DNA from: Welwitschia mirabilis
Taxonomy: Eukaryota
Assembly: GCA_051453625.1 (NCBI GenBank)
Contig: JBOZIK010000001.1
Location: 16,033,935-16,077,032 of the forward strand
Direction of reading: 5' to 3'
Length of the DNA: 43,098 nt
How positions within the stretch are numbered: position 1 is the stretch's first letter; each line of letters starts with the position of its first letter. Made by a program: the position numbers and the translations under genes. The notes beneath the pieces were generated by a model. It ran no database searches. It saw only the letters and a list, made by a program, of their open reading frames with translations, and was not told the origin of the DNA. This document shows, one piece after another, positions 25,754-37,900 of the stretch.

Positions 25754-26391
25754 AAAGAGTGCTTTAGTCTTTACTTTTGATTTTATGATTGTTATGCTTT
25801 TATCTTTGATTTTTACTTTTAATAAATTAATCTCTAGATGATTTATTTCTTATCTTTTAGAGAAAGTACATTTTTAGTGGTTTAGTTGAAATTTCTGATT
25901 TGAACACTAGGGTAATTCAACAAAAGAATAAGGGTTAAAAATCCATGAATCATCAAACCTTTATAAAGTCATCCTACCATTATTTGAATTCTTTCTTAGC
26001 TTATTCTTTTGGTGGACATCATGCTATCAGTTGAACATCTTTTAAACTTAACTTATGTTTTACTTATAATGTTATCATAACTAGTAATTTTTACTTTGGC
26101 ATTAAAGTGATAAGATTGTGTTCATCTAATATTACAACATTCAAATGTCTATGAACTTCATTCAATGGAATATTCTTTAGTTTTTTGTATTTTCTTTCAA
26201 TGGTGTAAGTCTTTGATTGTTGGGAGTGTTCTTTATTATCTTTCACCTCATTTCTTCATCTTTATTTTTATGAGTGTATGGATATGTGAGACTTATTTTG
26301 AAGAATAATATATTTTAAAAAAAGGAAAAAAAAGAAAGAAGAAAGAAAAAGAAGAGAATAATGACCATTATCTATGTTTTGATGCTTAAAT

Positions 26392-26555
26392 ACATGGTTA
26401 CCATGATGTCCAACCACATCGAGGTAAATTTTTCTCAAAAGGTATCTTTGATAGTGTTGGTAGCTATGGGAACTCCACTTGTGTGTCAGTTGGTCATGCT
26501 TTGTGGGTCCCTACCTCTTTAACTACATTTGCACTTCCCTCAACATGGATTAAAA
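26392..26555 (+). other. Conserved 3' non-coding motif, copy 3
   Basis: catggttaccatg...aactccacttgtgtgtcagttggtcatgctttgtgggtcc...gcacttccctc, again after a purine-rich run. Confidence 0.8.
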
Positions 26556-28338
26556 TAAAATACTTTGAGGCTTTAGAATTAGTGATGTTCTTGGTATCAT
26601 CAAAGGCATTACTTGTTTCCTAGATTCATTATACTTATAGTATTCCTATATAGTCATTTCACTTTTGAGTACTCAGGTGTGTTTTGGGGTGTTAAACGTT
26701 GAGTTCATTTCTAATATCTTTTGATCTTATGATTTATTATTTGAAAACATTAGTTACTTAGCATCATCATAATCATTGCCTATTCGAGCAGTAATTTATA
26801 GAGTTTTTACACTATATCATGTGTTATTCATTAGGTGATTTTATAATTCTTCCATGAGGTTTTACTAGGTTTGAATTTATGATAGGTACACAATCTTTTT
26901 CATGTTCCTAAGATTTACATTTTCATTTTGATTTTCTTAGTTATTTTCTTAGGTATTTTAAAGTCATTTCCATACTTTTTCATCATAAATCTTTAAGACT
27001 TAATTATTTAGAAGTTTTCTAGTTAATTTTATTTTTCATTTGTAGTTTTTCTTTCTAGAAGGTAATTTTCTTTTTGTAAATGAATTTTTTTTAGTTTGTT
27101 ATGATAATTTTCTCCCATCATTTTGAGTGTTAGTTATTTAACTTTCTTCTTAAGTTTTAATACATGTAGTACTGTTTTTCAATGATTATGATTTCATGTA
27201 ACATTTATATTTCTTAGCTCAATGCATTCAACTCCTTTATTATGACNNNNNNNNNNTTCCCATCTCTCAGGCTTTCTAATACTTTTCTTAAACATCTATG
27301 ATATTATCTAAGTTTAATTGATTCTATTAATATTTCCAATTTTTCTGGTTTTCTGAAAGATCCTATTATCCTATCCATCGTCTAGACAACTAGGAAGATA
27401 ACACATTAATATTTTTGAATAATTATCATTTTATGTTTCATATTTTTTAAACTAAATCTAACCCTTCTTTTCATGCATAGAATATTGTTTTCAACCTACC
27501 TATATTATTTACTTTACTTACACTTGTATATTGATCTTTTTAATCTTAACTTAATACAATATGGGGTGTATTGATCCATCTATGAGAGGGAGCGAGGGGG
27601 CACGNNNNNNNNNNNNNNNNNNNNNNNNNNNNNNNNNNNNNNNNNNNNNNNNNNNNTGAGACATATCTATAGTGTACTAATCTGATTTTGAATGTCAACA
27701 ATTTGAGTGATATACATTATTGATATTGTTTATCAAATCATGTACTTAATAGAAAACTACTTGAAGTATGTTTTCTTTATAGGAATGATCAAGAAAATTC
27801 ATGAGACTATGAATGAATAAAATAATATTATGATTAATTATTTTTGATATGTGTCCCTTGTAGATTATGCTTATAAACTCAATCTCTGATCTATGAATAT
27901 TCTTTTTGAGTTACTACTTTTTTTGATTATACATAAACATCATATATCCAAGTTATTATGGTCATATCTTATGATTATTATTTTTATTATAACATCCAAT
28001 ATTTATATTTTTAATGTGATAAATGTTTTAAATGGGGGACTAATGCATAGGTAAGTGTTTTAGTCTTATCTTTTGATTAGTATGATTGTAAGCAGTTAAT
28101 TTTACAGATTGATTTTTAAGTATCTGTCATCCCCATTATCATCTAGACAATCATTTGAATAGCACCATGGTCATTTCACCTCCTAAGATAAAAAATTTTA
28201 CTTTATTTAATGTTAAGATTTATTCCTGCATATTAAGATTTATGAACTTAAGCTACATATCCCTATAAGTATTTTATCTTAGTCAATTTAGCTCACAATT
28301 ATAGTTGTTTGACATCTTTATCAACAACTAACAAGTTT

Positions 28339-28350
28339 AAGTGGGGGAGC
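28339..28350 (+). promoter_or_regulatory. Polypurine tract of element C
   Basis: aagtgggggagc then ta then TGTTGCAA. Confidence 0.85.
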
Positions 28351-28352
28351 TA

Positions 28353-29596
28353 TGTTGCAATGTCAAATTGTATATTTTTTAAGGGGGTATTTTAAGTAGT
28401 TTTATAGGACATTTGGATAGGTTTAAGCATAAAATAATGATTATTTAGAGTCAAGGATAAAATCATGTAAATGCATAAATACTAGCACTTTTAGAGGCAT
28501 TTTGGATTAATTATGATACTTCATATTTTGAGGAGGAATTAATGAGCTTTAAGGCTAATCTAGCTTAATAAAGACTTTTAAGAAGGTTATTGTCCTCTTC
28601 ATCATCCAGATGACATACAAGGATGACACCACTTGCATGATCACTAGGATGCTGACTGGACTGATATGAAGGATAAATATATAACTCTGTTGATGTGGCA
28701 TCATCCCTACCATTATCTAGATGAAATTAGGATGAATATCTTATTTTAGTAAATGTATTAAACTCTAATAAACTTCTATAATGTGTTATTTTCTTTCTTT
28801 CATAGTTGTTAGGATTTTGTCTATGCCAATTAGTCTTATTTATGTGTAAGTTTATCTTTGTTAATAAATATTGATTTGACCCTTAACTTTGATCATCTTC
28901 ATTTGTCCTAAAAGTTCTCATGATAAGAGACTAAAGGGCCAAAGGTCTATTTGATAATTATAAAGAGGGGTATTCCTTGGTATCAGGTTGTATCTCCTTC
29001 ATTCAGTGTTGCTACTTTATAATGAGATGTTCGTTTGCCTTTTAATGGATATCTTCTTTTAGCTTTATTCATATTTATGTGCATCTTCCTTATGGTTTAT
29101 GTTACTTTTAATTCTGTCACAACTTCATCTATGATATAGATCATAAAGGAAACCTTTGTTAAAGTTGAAATCATTAGCTTAGGATCTTGCATTGTATTTT
29201 ATATTTCATAGATTAAATCATTACATGTTTTTGTATTCTGTCTTATGCACTTGATAGTTTAGATTGGTTTTAATTAGTGATAGTTTTCTTGATTGATCTA
29301 GGTTATATAGGGTCAATCTTAGTGATAGAAATTTGGTAATTTAATAGATATTGCATTTAGAATAGTTGGAATATACATTTGAATTATGTGTTTTCTTTGC
29401 TTATATTTTTTTATTTTAATTTTTGAATTTTTACTTTGTAAAAAGAAATTCTGGATCTTCAAGCCTAGTGCCTTCAATAGATTACAACATTCAGATCCAC
29501 TCTTATCTATATTAGTATGTTGTGTTTGTGCATATATTTGTGATTAATAAGATTTTAAGTAAGAACATAATGTTTGCATAAATACACATCACAACA
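28353..29596 (+). repeat. LTR 3 of element C
   Basis: TGTTGC...CACAACA, colinear with 19209-20479. Confidence 0.9.
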
Positions 29597-30479
29597 CATA
29601 TATAAAAGGAGTTTTAAATGAATGTAAAATAATCTTATGAAGAATCTTTAAAGCATGGTGTTTTTGTTCTAAAGCATTTTGTTGAATCTAATCCATATGT
29701 TGTTTAGTGGAATTATTATTTAGATATGAAAAATAAGCATCTTAGAAACTTGAATTAGATAATATAGGATAACTCTTTTATTCTTCGATTTCTATTTTCT
29801 ACTTCTTATGTAGAAAAGGACAAGCCTTATAAAGATGACCATTAAGGTGAAACTAGTAATAGAACTTTAAAGTAATAAATTAAATCATGGATTAATAGGA
29901 AATTACATCATCTACAATTAATGTTAGACATTTATTTTTGGTATCAAGATTTAATTTAATAACATATCATCTAAAAATACCTCAAGTAAAAACTCATTCT
30001 TCAAAATGAATAATAGTACTAAGAAGATTAATAATCCTCTACTCTAATGATTAAAAAACCAAAGGTAGATCTAAAAGCTCAATAATGCAATAAAATATGA
30101 AATTTTTAGGATCACTTACATTAAAATTATGCTTACATTTTTAAATAATAAGAATAAAGTGTTTATTAGAAAAGAGTAAATACAAATAGTTTTTTAAATC
30201 ATTGAACTATCTATCTCTTTAACCAACAAAAATAAAAAAAATAAAAAAAATTCCATGCAAACTATTAAATGTGTTTTATCAAAATATTTTATCTTATCAA
30301 AATAGATTTCATTTATAGAAAAAAAGAAGAAGAGCATCAGATATAATCCAAAACCTAAGGAAAGATATAGTATGAGAAGGAATCTTATGAGCATTTATTA
30401 AATAATTTAATAAATAAGATAAAATCATAAGAATTACTATTAGATCCATTTTTTAAATTATGTAGTGTACCTTAAGCAT

Positions 30480-31120
30480 CATTATTAACTAATAAACATT
30501 AATTCTCCATAGCTTGTGAAATAGATTTGACCTTAGATTAGTGCATCAAACCATCTTACAATTCCACTTCACATGAAGTTTTCATGTGTAAGTTGGGTGG
30601 ATTATTTAGAATCATGTGACTTCTCTAAATGTAAATCATGATAAAACATCAAAATTATAGAAAGAAAATAAGTTTCTATGCCAAGGTAACCTTTCAACCT
30701 CATTTCAAAAAGTTATAAATTTTTTTATATAATAAGAATAATGTTTTTAAAGAACATTTTATGTTCCTTTATGGTTTGAGTCTTTACCTTCCTTAACTAA
30801 CTCATGTTTTATGCCTTTCATCTTTATTTACTAATTCATGTTGTCTATATTAATGCTTTCTTTCTTTCTTTATCAATAAAGAAAGGTATTAGGATAAGTA
30901 AATTCATGAGAATTTGTTGGTACTTACTAAAGACCACTAGTTTCTTTGACTTTGTAAAAATCCATGTGTAGTCTTTATTCACCCATAATGGATACTAAAT
31001 GTCCTTGTTATTGATACTCAAGACATTTTTAATAGAGTAAATTGACTTCAACAACTTATAAATATAGAAGTTTCATCACACTCTTAAAAAACTTCTTATT
31101 GTATTTTTAGAGTTTTGGCT
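30480..31120 (-). pseudogene. Ty1/copia reverse transcriptase relic
   Basis: Minus strand gives YKLLKSIYSIK (from ~31060, cf. KLxKSLYGLKQ), HGFLQSQ (~30965) and FEMRLKGYLGIE (from ~30709, cf. FEMKDLGxLxYFLGIE) in the expected order. Confidence 0.6.
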
Positions 31121-31149
31121 AAGAGGCCAATATCCAATGGTTAATTTGC

Positions 31150-32700
31150 TGTGGACATCATTAAATTATTTTTTTTAAAGTTTTAAATAAAGTATTTATT
31201 TTTATTTTAAGTAAAAATAAAAAGTTTTATTATTGACTAATTCAAATATAAAAATAGTTTTTTAATTAAAAAAGATATAGCTTTATAAAACCAAAAAACT
31301 ATAAAAAAAGTTCTTTTTAAAAAATTTATTGTATAGTTTTAAAAGATTATTTTAAAAAAAGGTTTATCCTTTAATCAAAGATAATAAAATTAGCTTTATA
31401 AAATAAAGAAAATACTAAATGGAACTAATAAATAAATTTATTAAATAATTTAAAAATAAAAAGTTTTTAAAAACAAGAAAAACTACCAAATTAGGGAAGA
31501 CATAGTTTGAATAAAGTTTATTATTTACTAAACATCATAAAAATTAGTTTAAAAATGAGAAAAAATCAAATGGGGCTAATCAAAGAGTTTATTTTTAAAT
31601 AAACAAAATATAAGACATTTTCATAAAATAAAAAAAGCTACCAAATAGAAAAAGTAAAAAACTTATTAACTACTTAAAAAAAAGAAATCATTTTATAAAA
31701 GAAATAATTAAAAAGTTTATCATTTAATTTAAAATTAGGAAACTCTTTTATAAAATAAGTAGTTATAAAAAATAAAAAATAAGAAAAACCTAATGAATGT
31801 AAATAAATTCATCTATAAAAGAAGGCCTAGGAAAATACACATTCTATAAAGAAGATCTAGAGAGAAGAATTCAAAATTTAGTTGTTGCTATAGAGGCTTG
31901 ATGAGGATAAATTTTAATGTAAATGATGCTTTTTAATAAATTATTTTCATTATCTTATTCATGCATTTTAAATAATAATAGATATTTTTCTTTATCAGTA
32001 TATTCACTACTTAATAGCTTAGTTAGTTAGTATGTTAGTTAATTAGTATGTATATTTTATTATTGCATTTTAGATATAAGATGCCATGTGTCATAAAGAA
32101 GGAAGAGAAGGTTGAGGTGGAAAAGAAGCAATAACAAACCTTCATCATATACTTATTCTTATGGAGCAAAGAATGGAAACAAAAAAAACAAACAAGGGTA
32201 TAAGAATAGGATCACCACCAAAGGTGGAAATATTTTTGGCAAAATGTTCTACGAAAAAACAAGGCAAAAAGGTCAAGAAAGGGAGCTTCATCTATCCTAC
32301 AAAGGGTGCTATAGCATTTTCCATATTTCATAGTATTACTTACAAAGGAGAACACAATCCTTAATGCATCTTTATATAATAATTATTATATTAATATAAA
32401 GCTAAAAAGCATATTTTGGTATCATTCTATGCATATTTTATTACTTAAAAAAAGTAATATTATCTCTAGTTACTCTTGTTTTTGCAACTAAACATAAATC
32501 AGGATAATCAATAGTGCTTAGAAATATGTATTTTCTAGCATATCATCTAAATTCTATCATGCTTTATTACTTTTGCCATCTCCACTTGATGTAATACATG
32601 TATACAATAATTTTGTAGTAATAAACCAATCTTACTAGTTTAAGTAACTTCATCATGAGACTATTGTGATGATGCATTTTAAACTAAATGGTTAAATCTC
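31150..32700 (+). mobile_element. Possible 5' LTR of element D
   Basis: Abrupt switch to very A-rich DNA at tgtggacatca, tataaaagaagg at ~31815, gag relic downstream. No partner LTR or clear PBS. Confidence 0.3.
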
Positions 32701-33369
32701 GACTACTTCTTAAGTAAGCCTTTGGTTATTTTTATTTTATGATGTGAGCTTATTTTAGGTTAATAGAAACATAATTTATACATTTTTCTAGTATTTTTTT
32801 ATATTATCTAAATATTATTTAGTAATATTTTTTACACTTATTTCACCATCTAAGAATCCATCATTTTGATGTTAGAAGGAGGACTGCTCTAAAGTTAACT
32901 AGCAGAGATGACAGAAACTATGATTTAATAAGATAATCAAGGAAAATAATAAGATGAAATAGACAGGTATGTTAGAGACTTGCATAAATATGGTCTAGAT
33001 AAGTAGACCTAAAATAATATTAAAATAGAGGTGGGAAAAAAATTTACAAAGAATGAAGTCATTCTTAGAAAGGTGGCAAAAGAACAAATACTTCTTGATT
33101 TGATGATTGAATTTGAGTGGAAATTATGTAACATTCTTACATTACCTCACTTATAAGAAGAATCTTCTCAAATGGTTTAAGTAAAAAAACCTAAAAAGAA
33201 AGTTGTACTAAGATGTTATTAGGAAGATGATGGAGATTCAAGATCATTAAATCATGATACTCATTGGTTAGAAGATTTAAATCTTATTAACCCTACTATC
33301 TTATAACAAGTAGATAAAGTAAGAAATAAAAATACTATGATGATATAGAATTTTAAAGGTAAAAAGTTA

Positions 33370-33830
33370 AAAAAAAAACCCTTTTACATTTAAGGTTGTT
33401 TGATGTCTTTTGTAAAGGTAACTATCTTGATTCAGAATCGGATTTCCTAAGATATTTTCTTTTTTCTCTAAAATGAGATGCTTAATTATGATATTACAAG
33501 AACCCTAATCATGCTTTTAGTTTCTAGGGAACACTTAAAAATGCTTTCCTAGCCAAATTTTGACTCATGAAGATGGTTGAAGATCTTAAAAAACAAATCT
33601 TAAAGATTTTACAAAGAGATAATAAAGGATTTAATGAGTTCATGAATAGGTATGACATATTGTTAGCTAAATGTTCTAATCATGAAATCATAGGTAGGGA
33701 ATGAGTCAAAGCCTTACTTAGAGTACTACAAAGTTAGATGTTGAAAGGATTATATTTATTATATAGAGGAAGCATCAACATAAAAAGTTCCAAAAGGTGG
33801 AAAAAGCCATTACTCAATGAGTCAAGGATG
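33370..33830 (+). pseudogene. gag: Retrotrans_gag relic (element D), interrupted by element E
   Basis: LRYFLFSLK..TLKNAFLAKF..EDLKKQILKILQRDNKGFNEFMNRYDILLAKCSNHEI, cf. LFPFSL..FLxKFF..IxxFxQ..WxRxxxLLxxCPHHG. Confidence 0.75.
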
Positions 33831-33875
33831 GGAACAATAAAATGAAAAGAAAAAAAGGTAAATTAAGTATATACC

Positions 33876-36188
33876 TATAAGACCCCAAATTTATATAGTT
33901 TAAAATCTTTAAGATTCGCACTCTATTACCAAATATAAATCATAGACTTCTACAGTTGAAAAATTCAAATTTGCTCTGATACCAAAATGTAATACCTATA
34001 TTTCTACCTTTAAATTTATGAACGTTACTTATTTACTAAAGAATTAAGTCCTCATTCTTCCCATCTATCATATGCATTAGTTACAAAATAACTCATGATT
34101 TTAATAAAAATTCAGCATAAAAATAATAATAAAAGGAGCGAAAAAACACATCTCCTTTTCTTGAAAGCTTATTATTAATAAGTGAACATAGATTTCTATT
34201 CAAGGGATATCATTTTATATAAACATATAAACTAAAAAGTTTTAATAAAATTTTGTAATAAAAGCTTGAAATTGAAATTCTAAATCATACTTATCCATAA
34301 TAATGATTCTAGAAATTTATAATCACAAATTATCATTCAATGCCCTTTAAGGTAATATACACAACTAAAGATTCAATATATACATTATGGTCCTTTAAGT
34401 AAAGTATGAAGAATGTGTCCTTAAATCATCACATTTCATTGAAAGAAATTTTAAGAAAAATATCCATTATTGAAAACATAATGTATCATCTAAGAAAAAC
34501 TTCATAAATTGTAAATCACGCATATGATAAATTAGAGTTTAACTCTCAACATATCTAAGAAAATATTATTTCAGAAAAGTATATCATGTTCTCAAGATCC
34601 CAATCATATAACACCAAGTATTTAAGATTAATGAAGGAATACAAGATTATTTAGCAAAATTTTCCAATAATACTAGAACANNNNNNNNNNNATCCTTATG
34701 TCCACTTCAGCATTCATAGTCAGATTTTTCACCTATCACACAAATGTATGAGATGATAACTATGAAAATCTCACAACTCCTAGTATAATCAAGGTAAGAC
34801 TAGGCAAAATAAAAAAGGATTTTTCAATTGTTAAGATATGAACAATAAGTAATAACTTTAAGAACAAGTCGTATTATAAAACATTAACCTTATGGTTATG
34901 AAATGAGAATAATCAATATAGATTTTTACATATATTTCAATCACTTCATGCCTCACTTGGTTATCTCTAAAGCTGACTGCCTCCTTTGGTAATCTATTGT
35001 TCTTATATAATATTTTATATTTTACTTCATTGCCTCATTCAGTGATCTGTGAAACCCACTACCTTATTTCATGATCTCTAATTATCATGTTTAGATATTT
35101 CACATATCATTAACTTCACTTTCTCGTTTCGTAATTTATGAAGCCCACTATCTCATTCAGTGGTCTGTGGTCAATTTATTATTCCCACTGCCTCATTCAG
35201 CAATTTGTGGGATTCTCACCTCACTGCCTCATTAGGTGATCTATGAATCTCACAGCCTCATTTAGTGATTTATGGAATTAATTCATTATAAGTTTAAGAA
35301 ATCATGATAATAAGAAAAGTATGATAGGGTAAAACCATGAAGTATATACTTTGACAAGTACAACTTAAGTTTAAATAACAAAATATTAAGTATACAAGGT
35401 AGTAGAAGATATGGTTTGAGACAAGAATGATTCTACTTTAATTAAGCATCACCTATTTTTATATTTGTTTTGCAATAATATAAACACATCAAACATAATA
35501 CTCATTACATACAAAATAATGAACCAATAATAAAGCAAGAAAGAACAGAATCAGACTTGTATCAGATTATGGTGTTCAAGGACTTTAAAGATCTTCCAAG
35601 TTTCCAAAGCTCCTAGACCTTCTAAGCTCTAAGATTTAAAGGAAAATCCTTTTTTAGAGATTAAGCTAGAATTAACAGAGAAAGGACTCTATTTATAATC
35701 AAAGAACATGGTAAAGTAACTAGATTCAAGAATACAAGAGGATACATCATGATCCAACAGTAAAGGTGAGTGTTTCATAAAATTTCATAAAGGCTTGTCT
35801 AAACATGAGGTGCTTTAATAATATATAAAGAATGCTTTTTATTTTATCACATTTATTCATAATAATGAAGAAAAATAATAAGCCTCCATAATTAACATTT
35901 AATCATGTATAAATTCTAGAAAGGTGTAATAATAATAATAAGTAAATGATATCATCACCACTATAGGAACATTTTTCAAGATTATGAAGTAATATTTTAG
36001 TCTTTACAAGATAAAAGGGACTTAGAGCATAATTTAATATAATAGCACATCAAAAATATAATATCTATATCAGTTGAAGATTCAAAAATAAAATATGATG
36101 TAATAATTTCATAAATAAAAATAATGTTAATGCAATACATTAATTTATCCACTATTAAAACCACTAACTTTGCATTTAAGATGTGATA
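33876..36188 (-). repeat. 3' LTR of element E (~2.3 kb)
   Basis: tataagacccc at 33876 matches tgtaagacccc at 40930 and the two stay colinear to the window end (35999 vs 43098). Right boundary inferred from gatgtgata plus an adjacent pyrimidine tract. Confidence 0.85.
34945..35280. repeat. Degenerate ~29-bp subrepeats in LTR (cctcattcagtgatctgtgaagcccacta-like)
   Basis: cctcattcagtgatc variants recur several times here and at the equivalent position of the other LTR. Confidence 0.8.
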
Positions 36189-36202
36189 TTTCTCCATCCT
36201 TG
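36189..36202 (-). promoter_or_regulatory. Polypurine tract of element E
   Basis: Minus strand caaggatggagaaa abuts the inferred LTR start. Confidence 0.6.
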
Positions 36203-36419
36203 AAAAAGTTCCATCCTTGAAATGTAAATAAGAAATCTTAATTCTACACTATAATACATTTATTTTATATTTTCAAGTAACTTTAACTCTCTATCCCTAA
36301 TCATCATACTTAGTTGAATTTATCTTCTTTTAATATCATATATAAATTGTTAAATAGGTTGAAATGTTAATCACATGCTTGTTAATCAAGGTCACGATAA
36401 CACCAATTATCTCTTGTTT

Positions 36420-37900
36420 ATAGAATAATCAAAAATCTAGGAATTCTCTTCTTCTTCTATTTTTTACTTTGATTTCATGATGTAAGTTCTAAAAGTTATA
36501 GTAAATGAGTATATCAATTCACAAAACTCTTTTATAAACCTTCAATCTTCTCATTTCCTAAGGTCATAATGCTTACTTGATTATGGAAAATATTATAAAC
36601 TAGCATATTTTCATAAGAGGTTGGATAAAGATCACATAATTGATTTTGTAAGAAATTTATAAGAACATAGTTGAATATAATTGTGGATGGTTGAAACCTT
36701 TCTATTTCATAAGCCAAAATATCTCAATAACCTCTTTACTTAAACCAAACCAAAATAAGCTTGGAATAGTAAGTATTATGATGCAACAATCTCTCGTTCT
36801 AATTTATAACATTTACCTCAAGATATTTTTTATAGAAATTTCTCAAGCCTAAGCTCATAAATCATAAGTATCTTCCACTTTACACTCATTTGTTATCTCT
36901 TTCTTTCAATTCTTCTCTGATAAATCTACTTACATAATCTAGTTGAGTTCCCACTTCAAGGATTAATAAGTATAATGTAACACTCTAATCCTAATAAGTA
37001 AAGAATAACATGTTGAGAAATAAAGCCAAAGTTATGTAAGCATAAATCAAAAAAATATACAATATCTTTAAGATTAATTTATAGTGAGCAAGATTTGGAT
37101 TTATGTACATAATCCAATCCAAACAAAACTTTAAGATACTAACATTATTAACTTGTTACAAACTTAACATGCAACTAAGCATTACTAGATGTAGAACAAT
37201 GGTAACTAGGAGAGAAGAATTGATTACTATAAATAACTAGTTAAATAATATGAGAAACTTTTAAGAAAATGGAATTATTTGGAAACTTGTTAATAATGGC
37301 ATATAGGCTATCAAGATAAACTAATGAGTTAAGAAGTCTAACCAACTAAACTCGTATTTCACTAGTAATTAAGAAACATATAAAGAGAAGATGTTAAATA
37401 TTTGTATAAAGTATTATAAAATATCTATATGTTATTCATCATTTTAAGGAATTTAACAAATCTACCTTCTTCTTTGATAAGGATTCAAAATTCTATGTTA
37501 AGTTAAGACCTTGAAAATGCATGTATCCAATAATCTCTATGTAAACAACATTTTTGAATGGGGGAAATTCCTAGAGTCATATCCTTCCAATAATTTCTCC
37601 ACCTCCTTATAATCATCTTTCAATTTTTAAGAACCATATAGATTCAATGAATAACTGATCTACATCAATCAGACATCCTACTAGACTTCATATTTTGTAA
37701 TCCAATTTATTTATCTAATTTGTGACTAATAATAAAAGACATAACTTTGTAGCTTCTCACCAAGTTCCATTTTCTTGTCTTACCTATTGCTAAGCCTTAT
37801 GATCTAAGGACAATGCAAAATCCTCATAAACACAATAATGGACAAGCAACTTAAGGATTTATTTGGTTTTAAGAAGACAACAATTAAAGTAAGGAAATAT
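36420..37900 (-). pseudogene. gag and protease relics of element E
   Basis: Weak minus-strand echoes in order: EKLLEGYDSRNFPHS (~37600), RFVKFL (~37465), ILINP (~36970, cf. LIDPG), REFLDF (~36457, cf. REFPDVF). Confidence 0.5.

Larger units (their letters stand above)
19209..29596 (+). mobile_element. Non-autonomous Athila-derived LTR element or complex with three LTRs (element C)
   Basis: Outer LTRs colinear, flanked by catct (19204-19208) and catat (29597-29601); two PBSs, one PPT; no PR/RT/RH/INT motifs recognised. Confidence 0.85.

Noticed and set aside
34945..35280. CRISPR-like repeat/spacer appearance (also 42050-42380)
   Set aside because: Units are degenerate and irregularly spaced, lie inside both LTRs, and there are no cas genes; these are ordinary LTR subrepeats.
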